Shown one piece after another: positions 55,641 through 64,000 of a DNA stretch of 64,000 bases. Under the pieces are notes generated by a model. The model was not told the origin of the DNA. It did not search any database and was given only the letters and a program-made list of their open reading frames with translations. Each line of letters begins with the position of its first letter. Within the stretch, counting starts at the first letter, position 1. The position numbers and the translations under genes are program-made. The stretch spans positions 448,001-512,000 of the forward strand of contig CBDDCA010000006.1 of assembly GCA_965226055.1 (NCBI GenBank), given 5' to 3'. The DNA is from Spirochaetia bacterium (lineage in GTDB: Bacteria; Spirochaetota; Spirochaetia; WTKD01; G963693115).

Positions 55641-56744
55641 ATGATTCCTCCTATTATCATCTTTGGTGCTACTGGAGTAGGAAAAACAACATTCCTCAAT
55701 ACATTATATTCATACTGGACTACTAAGCATACCCACTCTCATGTTCCCTCATTTGAAGTTATAGTAGCAGATTCTCGACAAGTATATAAAGACATGCCAA
55801 TAAGTACTGCACAAACACACAGTGCTATAAGGAAAAAAATCCCCCATCATCTTGCTGAGACACTTGATTGTTTTGCACCGTATACCGTTGGTACTTTTGT
55901 TACACAAACAAATACTATCATAGAACAGATATATGCTCGTAATAATATACCTATCATTACGGGCGGTACTGCCTATTATATGTATAACCTGTACAAAGGC
56001 ATACCTACAACCCCAATAATACCTCATAGCATCCGCTCAGCAATTATGGAAGAACATGCACTGTACGGGACCCCCTATCTCTATAAAAAACTTTCTTCAC
56101 TTGATCCTGTTTATGCACAACGCATAAGTTCTCATGATACACAAAGAATAGTACGTGCCCTTGAGATATACCAGTACACAAAAAAACCACTCTCTACTTT
56201 CTCTGATATTCCCACATATAACCCATACCTACAACATAGCCTCTGTATTGGATTAACAAGAAACAGAGATGCTCTATACAACAATATAAATAGGCGCGTA
56301 CATACTATGCACAAAGAAGGACTGTTATACGAAGCGTATACTCTATGGCAACGCGGACTTAATAACACACACAATGCATTTTATACTATAGGAATACAAG
56401 AAATACTTGAAAACACTGATATCATCAAACACTGGAGTACATTACATGCTTCTAATCATACAAAAGAAACAAATAATCAAACATCGTCTATATATTCTAT
56501 CGATTCTCATATTATCGATTCTCATATTATAGATACTGTATTGACTACAATTCAAAAAAATACACGACATTATGCAAAAAGACAGCTTACATTTTTTCGA
56601 AAATTAGAGGTGTGCATACAAAATTCTGGAAATAATGTTATGTGGTTTGATCTTGAAAAACATAATAGTGAAAAAACCATCTGCGAAACCATAACAAACT
56701 TCATACAACATACTCACCAATCACCAGTATCCCATTCTCAGTAA
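55641..56744 (+). CDS. miaA: tRNA dimethylallyltransferase
   Basis: GATGVGKT, ADSRQVYK, PHHL, TGGTAYY, RIVRALEI, TRHYAKRQLTFFR. Confidence 0.95.
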   Translation: MIPPIIIFGATGVGKTTFLNTLYSYWTTKHTHSHVPSFEVIVADSRQVYKDMPISTAQTHSAIRKKIPHHLAETLDCFAPYTVGTFVTQTNTIIEQIYARNNIPIITGGTAYYMYNLYKGIPTTPIIPHSIRSAIMEEHALYGTPYLYKKLSSLDPVYAQRISSHDTQRIVRALEIYQYTKKPLSTFSDIPTYNPYLQHSLCIGLTRNRDALYNNINRRVHTMHKEGLLYEAYTLWQRGLNNTHNAFYTIGIQEILENTDIIKHWSTLHASNHTKETNNQTSSIYSIDSHIIDSHIIDTVLTTIQKNTRHYAKRQLTFFRKLEVCIQNSGNNVMWFDLEKHNSEKTICETITNFIQHTHQSPVSHSQ

Positions 56745-56773
56745 AATACAATTCTGTACACAGTATCTTTTTC

Positions 56774-57301
56774 CACGAGTTCAAGGATTAAATGCGACAA
56801 AAGAGCAAAAAAAATAAAAAAAGGAATGCACTCTATAAAAGAACCATATCTCGCTCTTTTTCTGTTTCTCGTATCCCTCATCGTGTCTCAGTACACAAAA
56901 GAGGTGATATTTCTGATGAATATGGCCACTGGGAAGTAGATCTTGTTGGCTCTTCTTCAAAAACTACTGTGCTTGCCTTAGTGGAAAAACATACTCGGTA
57001 TGTTCTTTTTCATAAAATACCTGACAAAACACTGCTCATACCGTACAGTATGGTATGCTCTTTGCTCTGAGGAACATACCACTTTATTTATGTAAAATTT
57101 TACTTATAATAATGGCAATGAATTTACGCTCCATACTGAAATAAATACACGCCTGAATGCTCGTTCTTATTTTTGTACTCCTTATTGTGCTGTATACTGT
57201 ATTATGGGAAAAAGGATTAGTCGAACATTCTATTGGATTATTGCGTCAATTTTTGACCTCTACTGAAGCCTTGCTTGTCGCATTTAGTCCTTGAATCCGC
57301 A
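56774..57301 (+). mobile_element. Internally deleted, frameshifted IS30-family element with both ends
   Basis: Imperfect terminal IRs 56774-56799 and 57276-57301; broken DDE core GHWEVDLV..LVEKHTRY, TYNNGNEF, YFCTPY, WEKGLVEHSIGLLRQF. Confidence 0.88.
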
Positions 57302-57319
57302 GAATGCACTCTCATTTAT

Positions 57320-57348
57320 TTGACTATTTAGAGGCTTTTTGATATTCT
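57320..57348 (+). promoter_or_regulatory. Sigma70 promoter of yajC-secD-secF
   Basis: TTGACT-N17-TATTCT with TGn extension. Confidence 0.55.
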
Positions 57349-57381
57349 ATACTAATAATTATAATATAGTGAGGATTTTCT

Positions 57382-57780
57382 ATGTTTGAAACTAACATGT
57401 ATTTAGCTGCATCAAATGCAGCACAATCAGGACAACAAGCATCTTCTACCCCAATGCTTATTACATTTGCTCTCTTATTTTTAGTAATGTATATATTTTT
57501 AATTCGACCTCAGTCGAAAAAGCAAAAAGCAGTGAAAAATATGCTAGCAAATATTAAAAATGGCGACAAAATTGTTACTATTGGAGGCATATATGGCACC
57601 ATAGTAAATATAAAAGACACTTCTGTAGTATTGAAAGTGGATAGTAATACTGAGCTAGAAGTTGTTCGCGAAAGTATTTCTAATGTTATTCCCCCTACTG
57701 ACGAAGTAACAAAAGACAAAGAAAAAAGCACGCAGACAACAGAACAAACAGAACAAAAATCTAAATCTACAAAAAAATAA
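57382..57780 (+). CDS. yajC: Preprotein translocase subunit YajC
   Basis: FLIRPQSKKQK, GDKIVTIGGIYGTI. Confidence 0.95.
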   Translation: MFETNMYLAASNAAQSGQQASSTPMLITFALLFLVMYIFLIRPQSKKQKAVKNMLANIKNGDKIVTIGGIYGTIVNIKDTSVVLKVDSNTELEVVRESISNVIPPTDEVTKDKEKSTQTTEQTEQKSKSTKK

Positions 57781-57796
57781 CTAAAAAGGAATATGA

Positions 57797-59551
57797 ATGA
57801 GTAAACGCTTACGATTACTTATACTAGGCATTTTTATCATACTCGGACTAGTATCATTATACCCAACAATTCGATGGTATTTTTTTACCACTGATGAAGC
57901 AAAAATACTTGCATCAAGTAACAGGCAAAAAATACGACAAGAAGCTATAGCTATGGCAAAGAAAGACACAGATACTATCCTTGCTATGCTACAAGAAACT
58001 ACAGAAGATACATTTATGGAAAAAACAGCGACTTATCCAAGTTTTTCAGAACTTTTAGATGTATCAAAACAACGTCATAAAGATGCAAAAAAAGATTTTT
58101 CAAAAAATCCTACAATAAACGAAATATTTAGTATTTTTGATGATGAAAATGAAGTATATCAGCTTCTTCTCACCTATTACCGTACCCTCTATTTAGAAGA
58201 AAAACAACAAAAAAATAGCATTATCAAACTGGGACTGGATCTTTCAGGCGGGGTGAGTGCCACCTTACGCATAGATGAGCAAGATTTGACAGAACGGCTT
58301 GGCAATCCTCCTAACAACGAAGAACGTGCACAAGCAGTAGAAAGAGCGATGTTAGTACTTCAAAACAGAATAGACAAGTTTGGCGTAAGCGAGCCGTCAT
58401 TAAGAAAGCTAAATAACGATAGCATACTTGTAGAAATACCTGGTGAAAATGATAGAGAGCAAATCAATAGTTTTCTTCGAGGAAAAGGCTCAATGTATTT
58501 TGTTATTGTAGACGATGATGCCACACAAAAAATTCTTGATTTACAAAGAGAAGATCCTACATGGGACTATGATGGAGAAAATGCTCCCGATTACATTCAA
58601 GCAGGCACCGAAATTAAAGAATATGTTACAAGAGATTCTTTTGGTATCGATCAACATCAACGTTGGATAGTAGTATACACAGATTTAGAAAACTATGGTA
58701 TTGATGGTCAATATTTAGAACAAGCACAGGTAACTTCAGATCCTATCAACAACAGACCCTTAGTAAATTTCCAACTTAATGCAGAAGGAGCTAAAATTTT
58801 CGCAAAGCTTACAGGTGATAATGTCAATCGCTCTATGGCTATTGTAATGGAAGATAAAATACGTGCTTATGCTACTATTTCCACTACTATTAACGATGGT
58901 AGTGCTGTCATACAAGGATTTAGCCGAGACCAAGCAAATGATATTGCTATAGTGTTACAAACAGCAGCGCTGCCTGTAAATCTCATAGTAGTAGATCAAG
59001 AAGTGATAGGACCTTCGCTAGGAAGAAGTACTATTATACAAGGAATCAATGCTATAAGCATAGGGTTTATATTAGTTATCCTATTTATGATATTGTATTA
59101 TGTACGTGCTGGATTTGTAGCAGTAACAACACTTTTGTTTAACTTATTTTTCCTTATAGCAATACTTGCTTCATTTAATTTTACTCTCACTCTTACTGGT
59201 ATTGCGGCAATCATTCTCACAGTGGGTATGGCAGTAGACGCAAATGTCCTTATCTACGAGCGTATAAAAGAAGAGCTATATCAAGGAAAAACAAGACGTA
59301 CTGCAATAGACAATGGCTTTAAGAAAGCATTTTGGACTATTTTAGACGCGAATATCACTACTTTAGTAGCTTCTATTTTTATTGCACAACTAGCTTCTGG
59401 AAGAATACAAGGCTTTGCAGTAACATTATCCACTGGTATTATAACGACATTATTTACAGTACTCTTTATTTCACGACTATTATTTGATTTTGGCACAGAC
59501 ACCATAAAACTTAAACGAATGAGCATAAGCTGGCAGAGGATACAAGCATGA
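57797..59551 (+). CDS. secD: Protein translocase subunit SecD
   Basis: LGLDLSGG, RIDKFGVSEP, IGPSLG, GMAVDANVLIYERIKEE. Confidence 0.96.
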   Translation: MSKRLRLLILGIFIILGLVSLYPTIRWYFFTTDEAKILASSNRQKIRQEAIAMAKKDTDTILAMLQETTEDTFMEKTATYPSFSELLDVSKQRHKDAKKDFSKNPTINEIFSIFDDENEVYQLLLTYYRTLYLEEKQQKNSIIKLGLDLSGGVSATLRIDEQDLTERLGNPPNNEERAQAVERAMLVLQNRIDKFGVSEPSLRKLNNDSILVEIPGENDREQINSFLRGKGSMYFVIVDDDATQKILDLQREDPTWDYDGENAPDYIQAGTEIKEYVTRDSFGIDQHQRWIVVYTDLENYGIDGQYLEQAQVTSDPINNRPLVNFQLNAEGAKIFAKLTGDNVNRSMAIVMEDKIRAYATISTTINDGSAVIQGFSRDQANDIAIVLQTAALPVNLIVVDQEVIGPSLGRSTIIQGINAISIGFILVILFMILYYVRAGFVAVTTLLFNLFFLIAILASFNFTLTLTGIAAIILTVGMAVDANVLIYERIKEELYQGKTRRTAIDNGFKKAFWTILDANITTLVASIFIAQLASGRIQGFAVTLSTGIITTLFTVLFISRLLFDFGTDTIKLKRMSISWQRIQA

Positions 59552-60615
59552 AACAAAATATAATTTCTTTTTCTCGATTTAACACCATAGGATTAACTAT
59601 TTCCCTTATAGTAACGCTCTCACTAGTAGCAGTTACTGCCTTTGTACATAAGGGGTTTAATTTAGGCATCGACTTTAGTTCAGGACAGACTGTTAGTGTA
59701 CAAATAAATGAAGACACTACCCCTGATGCTATAAAAACAGTATTGCTTCCATCATTTCCACAAGTAAATGTATCACAGTTAGGAAACACAGAAGACAGTC
59801 AGTACAATATTAAAATAAGCTCTACTTTAGAAGAACAAGAACAACAGTACAAAGACTTAACTGCTATTTTAGACACAAACTTTAGTGATTATACAGTACT
59901 AGGTACCGCATATATCGGTCCTGCCATTTCTCAAAGTTTGCTCAGTAATTCTCTCTACATAGTAACATTTGCGTTATTACTGATGTTATTGTACATATGG
60001 ATACGATTTAAGCTACAATTTGCAATATCAGCCATTTTAGCTCTTTTGCATGACGCAGTATTTATTATCGCACTGATAGGTGCTTTACAAATTGAAGTTA
60101 CAGTATCCACTGCTGCTGCCATTCTTACCATCATAGGATACTCTATAAATGACACTATAGTTATATTTGATAGAATACGCGAAAATACTGCAATTATGCG
60201 TAATAGCCCATTTACTAGCATAACAGATACCAGTATCACCCGAACACTCTCACGTACTGTCATAACCTCTCTTACAACCCTACTTGCAGTATTATCTATT
60301 TTTATTTTTGCTACTGGTGATATTAAAAATTTTGCGTTAGTACTTATACTTGGAATACTTGAAGGAACATGGTCTTCAATATTTCTCGCTACCCCCCTCC
60401 TGTATGTTTTTGGATTCCATAAAACACTCATTACAAAAAATGCTGCTATACAGAACAAAAATAGAACTATATCAGAACACTCTCAAGTAAGCAACAGTAA
60501 CACCACCACAAGTAATAATGTAAATGCCCCTGCGTCAGTAAGTCGTGAATACATTGATAAAGTTCGTATGGAGACACAATCAAAAAAACACAAAAAATAC
60601 AAAAATAATAGATAG
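59548..60615 (+). CDS. secF: Protein translocase subunit SecF
   Basis: LGIDFSSG, IGYSINDTIVIFDRIREN, TLSRTVITS. Confidence 0.96.
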   Translation: MKQNIISFSRFNTIGLTISLIVTLSLVAVTAFVHKGFNLGIDFSSGQTVSVQINEDTTPDAIKTVLLPSFPQVNVSQLGNTEDSQYNIKISSTLEEQEQQYKDLTAILDTNFSDYTVLGTAYIGPAISQSLLSNSLYIVTFALLLMLLYIWIRFKLQFAISAILALLHDAVFIIALIGALQIEVTVSTAAAILTIIGYSINDTIVIFDRIRENTAIMRNSPFTSITDTSITRTLSRTVITSLTTLLAVLSIFIFATGDIKNFALVLILGILEGTWSSIFLATPLLYVFGFHKTLITKNAAIQNKNRTISEHSQVSNSNTTTSNNVNAPASVSREYIDKVRMETQSKKHKKYKNNR

Positions 60616-60627
60616 GAGGGTATTGGC

Positions 60628-61440
60628 ATGCTTTACAGGCATATACTAACAACAAACGCTCAGCAAAAAGATACACCTCATTGTTATATGTTTCATGGAT
60701 TATTGGGAAGTGGATTTAATTTACTTTCCGTAACAAAGATGATTGATTCTTTCGTATATCCCGTCCTATTTGACTTACCTAATCATGGAAAATCGTCTCA
60801 TATAAGTCCTGGAGATTTTGCACACACTACACCATGTGTTGATAAAAGCATTCATGCAGAACAACAGCATAGCGGTCATAGCACATATGCCTTACTAGGG
60901 CATTCCTTAGGCGGAAAATATTCTATGATACATGCACTACAAAACCCTACACAGGTATCCTCTTTAGTGGTGATGGATATAGCTCCTATGACCTACCCTC
61001 CCTATCATCACAAATATGTTGAGGCCTGTAAACAAGTATTACAAAAACATCCTCGTAATAGAAAGGAAGTAGTACAATATTTATCTGAATTTGTAAGTGA
61101 TGAATATGTTCTTTTCTTTCTTGCAAAGAATTTTTATTTTGAAGATACTACATTGAAATTATATATTAATCTTGACGAACTGGACATACATTATGGCAAT
61201 TTAAGTGGGTTTCCAGAAGAACTAGATACCTGTCAATATAACGGTCCTACTCTCTTTTTACGAGCAGAAAAGACAGACTACTTTGATGATACTGCAGATC
61301 AATATATAAAAAAGTATTTTACACAGTATACCATTGTTCATATTTCTGACAGCACTCATATCTTACACAGAGACAAACCTACAGAAGTACAAAAAGCACT
61401 GAGCGACTTTTATTCACAACACTACCCTCTTTCTTCATAG
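60628..61440 (+). CDS. Alpha/beta fold esterase (YbfF-like)
   Basis: HGLLGS, DLPNHGKS, GHSLGGK, DIAP. Confidence 0.88.
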   Translation: MLYRHILTTNAQQKDTPHCYMFHGLLGSGFNLLSVTKMIDSFVYPVLFDLPNHGKSSHISPGDFAHTTPCVDKSIHAEQQHSGHSTYALLGHSLGGKYSMIHALQNPTQVSSLVVMDIAPMTYPPYHHKYVEACKQVLQKHPRNRKEVVQYLSEFVSDEYVLFFLAKNFYFEDTTLKLYINLDELDIHYGNLSGFPEELDTCQYNGPTLFLRAEKTDYFDDTADQYIKKYFTQYTIVHISDSTHILHRDKPTEVQKALSDFYSQHYPLSS

Positions 61441-61601
61441 CTCTCATTACCATTACTATTAGTATGCACACAAATAGTCTCCCGTTGCTTATAGAAATAC
61501 AAGGGAGTTATATATGATGTTATTCCTAAATAAAATATACATTAAGTATAGGATTACTATACAAGGATACTATTGTATATAATTTCATAAGAATTTTATT
61601 T

Positions 61602-61630
61602 TTGACACTCACTACAAGTCCTATTATAAT
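61602..61630 (+). promoter_or_regulatory. Consensus sigma70 promoter upstream of the R-M pair
   Basis: TTGACA-N17-TATAAT. Confidence 0.8.
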
Positions 61631-61724
61631 TGTGTATATGGAAGTAAAAGATGTACAGAATAGACAGAAGTAATAAATAGTATTGGAAAGAAATTAAGTT
61701 ATAAAATGGTAGTAAGAGCGTAAT

Positions 61725-63011
61725 ATGCAGAATACAATTCTGGTAAAGAAGAAACAATTTATAGAAATTCCCATTGATTATATTTGGTCATTTTCAGACA
61801 AAACAGTAAGAGATACTTCATACATTACCCATGGTTATTATACATATCCAGCAAAATTTATTCCACAATTAGCATCTCGCCTTATTAGAGAATATAGCAG
61901 AGAAAATGAGGTAGTTATTGATCCATTTATGGGTTGTGGAACTACTGTCATAGAATCTATTATAAATAACAGAATAGGAATTGGTACAGATATAAATGAA
62001 ATTGCTTTTTTAGTATCAAAAGCAAAAACAACCCCTATACAAAATTCTGAATTAGTAAAAACTTTAAGCACAATAGAACAACAATCGTATACTTATTCTA
62101 AAACAGATATAGAAAGCGTTATACCTCCTAATGAAAGAATTGATTACTGGTTTCTTCCTGAACAAAAAGAGAGAATAGCAAGTATATTCATACAAATTAA
62201 GGATATAAAAAACCATGACATTAGAGATTTTTTTTTAGTAGCACTTGCTCAAATACTAAAATCTTGCTCTATATGGTTACAAAAAAGCATTAAGCCAACA
62301 AGAGATAGGAATAAAGAAATATATGATCCATTAACTTTATTTTTAAAGCAATCGAAAAAGATGATAAAAAAACATTTTGAATTTGAAAATATGCTTAGTA
62401 GAAAAATATGGAAAAATATTGATAAGCATAGAATAATACAATGTGCAGATTCAAGAAAGCTTCCTTGTAGAGATGAAAAAGCAAGTCTTGTATTAACAAG
62501 CCCACCTTATGTAACATCATACGAATATGCTGATTTACACCAGCTACCTTTGTTATGGTTTGGACATTTAACTGAGTTAAGTGATTTTCGAAAAAAATTT
62601 ATTGGAAGTTCTTATAAAAAGAGTAATAGTATAGATATAAAAAGTTCTATTGGTAATGAAATTATTCTGAGTCTAAGCAAAACTTCAAAAAGCGAAAAAG
62701 TAAAAACTTATTTTTGCGATATGATAGAATCTTTTTTGGAAATGAAACGTGTCTTGAAAGTAGGAGGGAAAGCGTGTATTGTGATTGGAAATACAGAATT
62801 CAAGGGGATAAAAATTCTAAATGCGGAAGTATTTCAAGAACAATTACAAAATATAGGCTTTAAGACTCATAAAATAATTCATCGAGAAATACCATCTAAA
62901 ATGTTACCATCAACAAGAGATGCAAAAACAGGACAGTTTGCAAAAACGACAGATAAATCACTGAAATTAGCATATCCTACTGAATATATATTAATCATGG
63001 AGAAATTATGA
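61725..63011 (+). CDS. N4-cytosine-type DNA methyltransferase of a type II R-M system
   Basis: THGYYTYPAKFIPQL, DPFMGCGTT (motif I), TSPPY (motif IV). Confidence 0.9.
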   Translation: MQNTILVKKKQFIEIPIDYIWSFSDKTVRDTSYITHGYYTYPAKFIPQLASRLIREYSRENEVVIDPFMGCGTTVIESIINNRIGIGTDINEIAFLVSKAKTTPIQNSELVKTLSTIEQQSYTYSKTDIESVIPPNERIDYWFLPEQKERIASIFIQIKDIKNHDIRDFFLVALAQILKSCSIWLQKSIKPTRDRNKEIYDPLTLFLKQSKKMIKKHFEFENMLSRKIWKNIDKHRIIQCADSRKLPCRDEKASLVLTSPPYVTSYEYADLHQLPLLWFGHLTELSDFRKKFIGSSYKKSNSIDIKSSIGNEIILSLSKTSKSEKVKTYFCDMIESFLEMKRVLKVGGKACIVIGNTEFKGIKILNAEVFQEQLQNIGFKTHKIIHREIPSKMLPSTRDAKTGQFAKTTDKSLKLAYPTEYILIMEKL

Positions 63012-63679
63012 AGTTTGAAGATATTATTGAAATATATGAAAAGAAAAAGAAAAAATATAATAAGAATACATATAGGTATATTTCTGAAATTTTTTACGAA
63101 GCAAAAGAGTTACATAGAAAAAATTTTAATGGAGTAGATTCTGAACAATCATGGCGAGCATTCAAAGGTAAAAATTTTGAAAAATTAGTGGAATATATAA
63201 TTACCGATGAAGTAAGAAATTTAGGTCTTGAAGTAGTAAATGGCAATGTATTAGAAAGAACAAAAAGCGAAAATTTATCTAAAACATTGGGTATGGTAAA
63301 AAGAAGTTTACTTATAGATTATGGAAGTTTTGGTTCGCATCTTCCTGATTTAGATATTGTTATTTATAATCCTAATACCAGTAAGGTGATAGCTATACTC
63401 TCAAGTAAGGTTACTTTACGAGAAAGAATTGCACAAACAGGGTATTGGAAATTTAAAATTGCTTCAGACAATGTAACTAAGCATATCAAAGTTTATTTTA
63501 TTACTCCCGATGAAGATGGAACTCTAACATCAAAAGAACCTGCTAAAAAAGGGAGAGCGATTGTTGAGATAGATTTAGATGGAAGCTATGTATTAAGTGA
63601 AGTAAGCATTGAAGAAAGTGATAAAGTAAAGATGTTTGATAAATTTATTGATGATTTGAAAAAGGTAATAATAGATTAA
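63008..63679 (+). CDS. BsaWI-family type II restriction endonuclease
   Basis: QSWRAFKGKNFEKLV, PDLDIVIY, SSKVTLRERIAQ (PD..K..RER of CCGG-family enzymes); ATGA overlap with the MTase. Confidence 0.75.
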   Translation: MKFEDIIEIYEKKKKKYNKNTYRYISEIFYEAKELHRKNFNGVDSEQSWRAFKGKNFEKLVEYIITDEVRNLGLEVVNGNVLERTKSENLSKTLGMVKRSLLIDYGSFGSHLPDLDIVIYNPNTSKVIAILSSKVTLRERIAQTGYWKFKIASDNVTKHIKVYFITPDEDGTLTSKEPAKKGRAIVEIDLDGSYVLSEVSIEESDKVKMFDKFIDDLKKVIID

Positions 63680-63761
63680 AAAAATAAACAGTAATTTTTA
63701 AGCATTCGTAAATGAAAGCGTAAAATACAAAAAAGAGAAAAAAAATCTCTGTAAATCGGAA

Positions 63762-63883
63762 AATTCAAGAACTAAGCACACCCTCAAAAGCTTCATCAGA
63801 TGTTAAAAAATGAATGATAAAATATCTTCTTTTTATGTTTCCTGCCGAAGCCTTTTCTGTCGCATTTAGTCCTTGAATCCGCA
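63762..63883 (+). mobile_element. IS30-family miniature relic (decayed left end, intact right end)
   Basis: Right IR 63858-63883 identical to the other copies and preceded by PAEAFS codons; attcaagaactaa near 63763 only weakly resembles a left IR. Confidence 0.75.
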
Positions 63884-63940
63884 ATCCCCAATACAAAAGT
63901 ATTGAAGTCAATACTTTTCTGTAGTAACATTAAGTATAGT

Positions 63941-64000
63941 ATGGATTTTGATGCAATTGTTATTGGAGGAGGACATGCAGGCATAGAAGCATGCCTCGCT
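63941..64000 (+). CDS. mnmG: tRNA uridine modification enzyme MnmG/GidA (5' fragment, runs off window)
   Basis: MDFDAIVIGGGHAGIEACLA. Confidence 0.88.
   Translation, partial: MDFDAIVIGGGHAGIEACLA

Noticed and set aside
56792-57070. 92-aa ORF as a functional gene
   Set aside because: It is a fragment of the broken IS30 transposase and starts within the left IR
63796-63984. 62-aa minus-strand ORF
   Set aside because: Antisense to the mnmG start and the IS relic; no coding features

Overview
AT-rich bacterial chromosome segment, most likely from a host-associated spirochaete (inferred from the spirochaete-style rpoZ and long upp, LPP20 lipoproteins and many lipoprotein signals). Housekeeping and metabolic genes: gpgS, htrA, gluconokinase, M16C peptidase, dgoD with a TRAP transporter, tkt, upp, a GH2/GH63 sugar ABC cluster, multicopper oxidase, tRNA-Pro, tRNA-Arg, fbaA, ABC-F, sulfate ABC, rpoZ-miaA, yajC-secD-secF and the start of mnmG. 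Accessory features: (1) a large fibronectin-III surface lipoprotein gene frameshifted OFF at a G9 tract, a probable phase-variable locus; (2) an uncharacterised three-gene unit of a TerB-like protein and two glycine-zipper/coiled-coil membrane proteins, one with a nuclease-like motif, which is the best candidate for an undescribed system; (3) an orphan type III Mod methyltransferase preceded by five tandem 41-bp palindromic repeats; (4) a ~2000-aa DUF285/BspA-like lipoprotein; (5) a BsaWI-like type II R-M pair; (6) IS30-family relic ends beside decayed genes (type IIG R-M and WD40 fragments), one of them at an apparent strand-skew switch near 6 kb. All assignments come from motif reading by eye; no database search was run.
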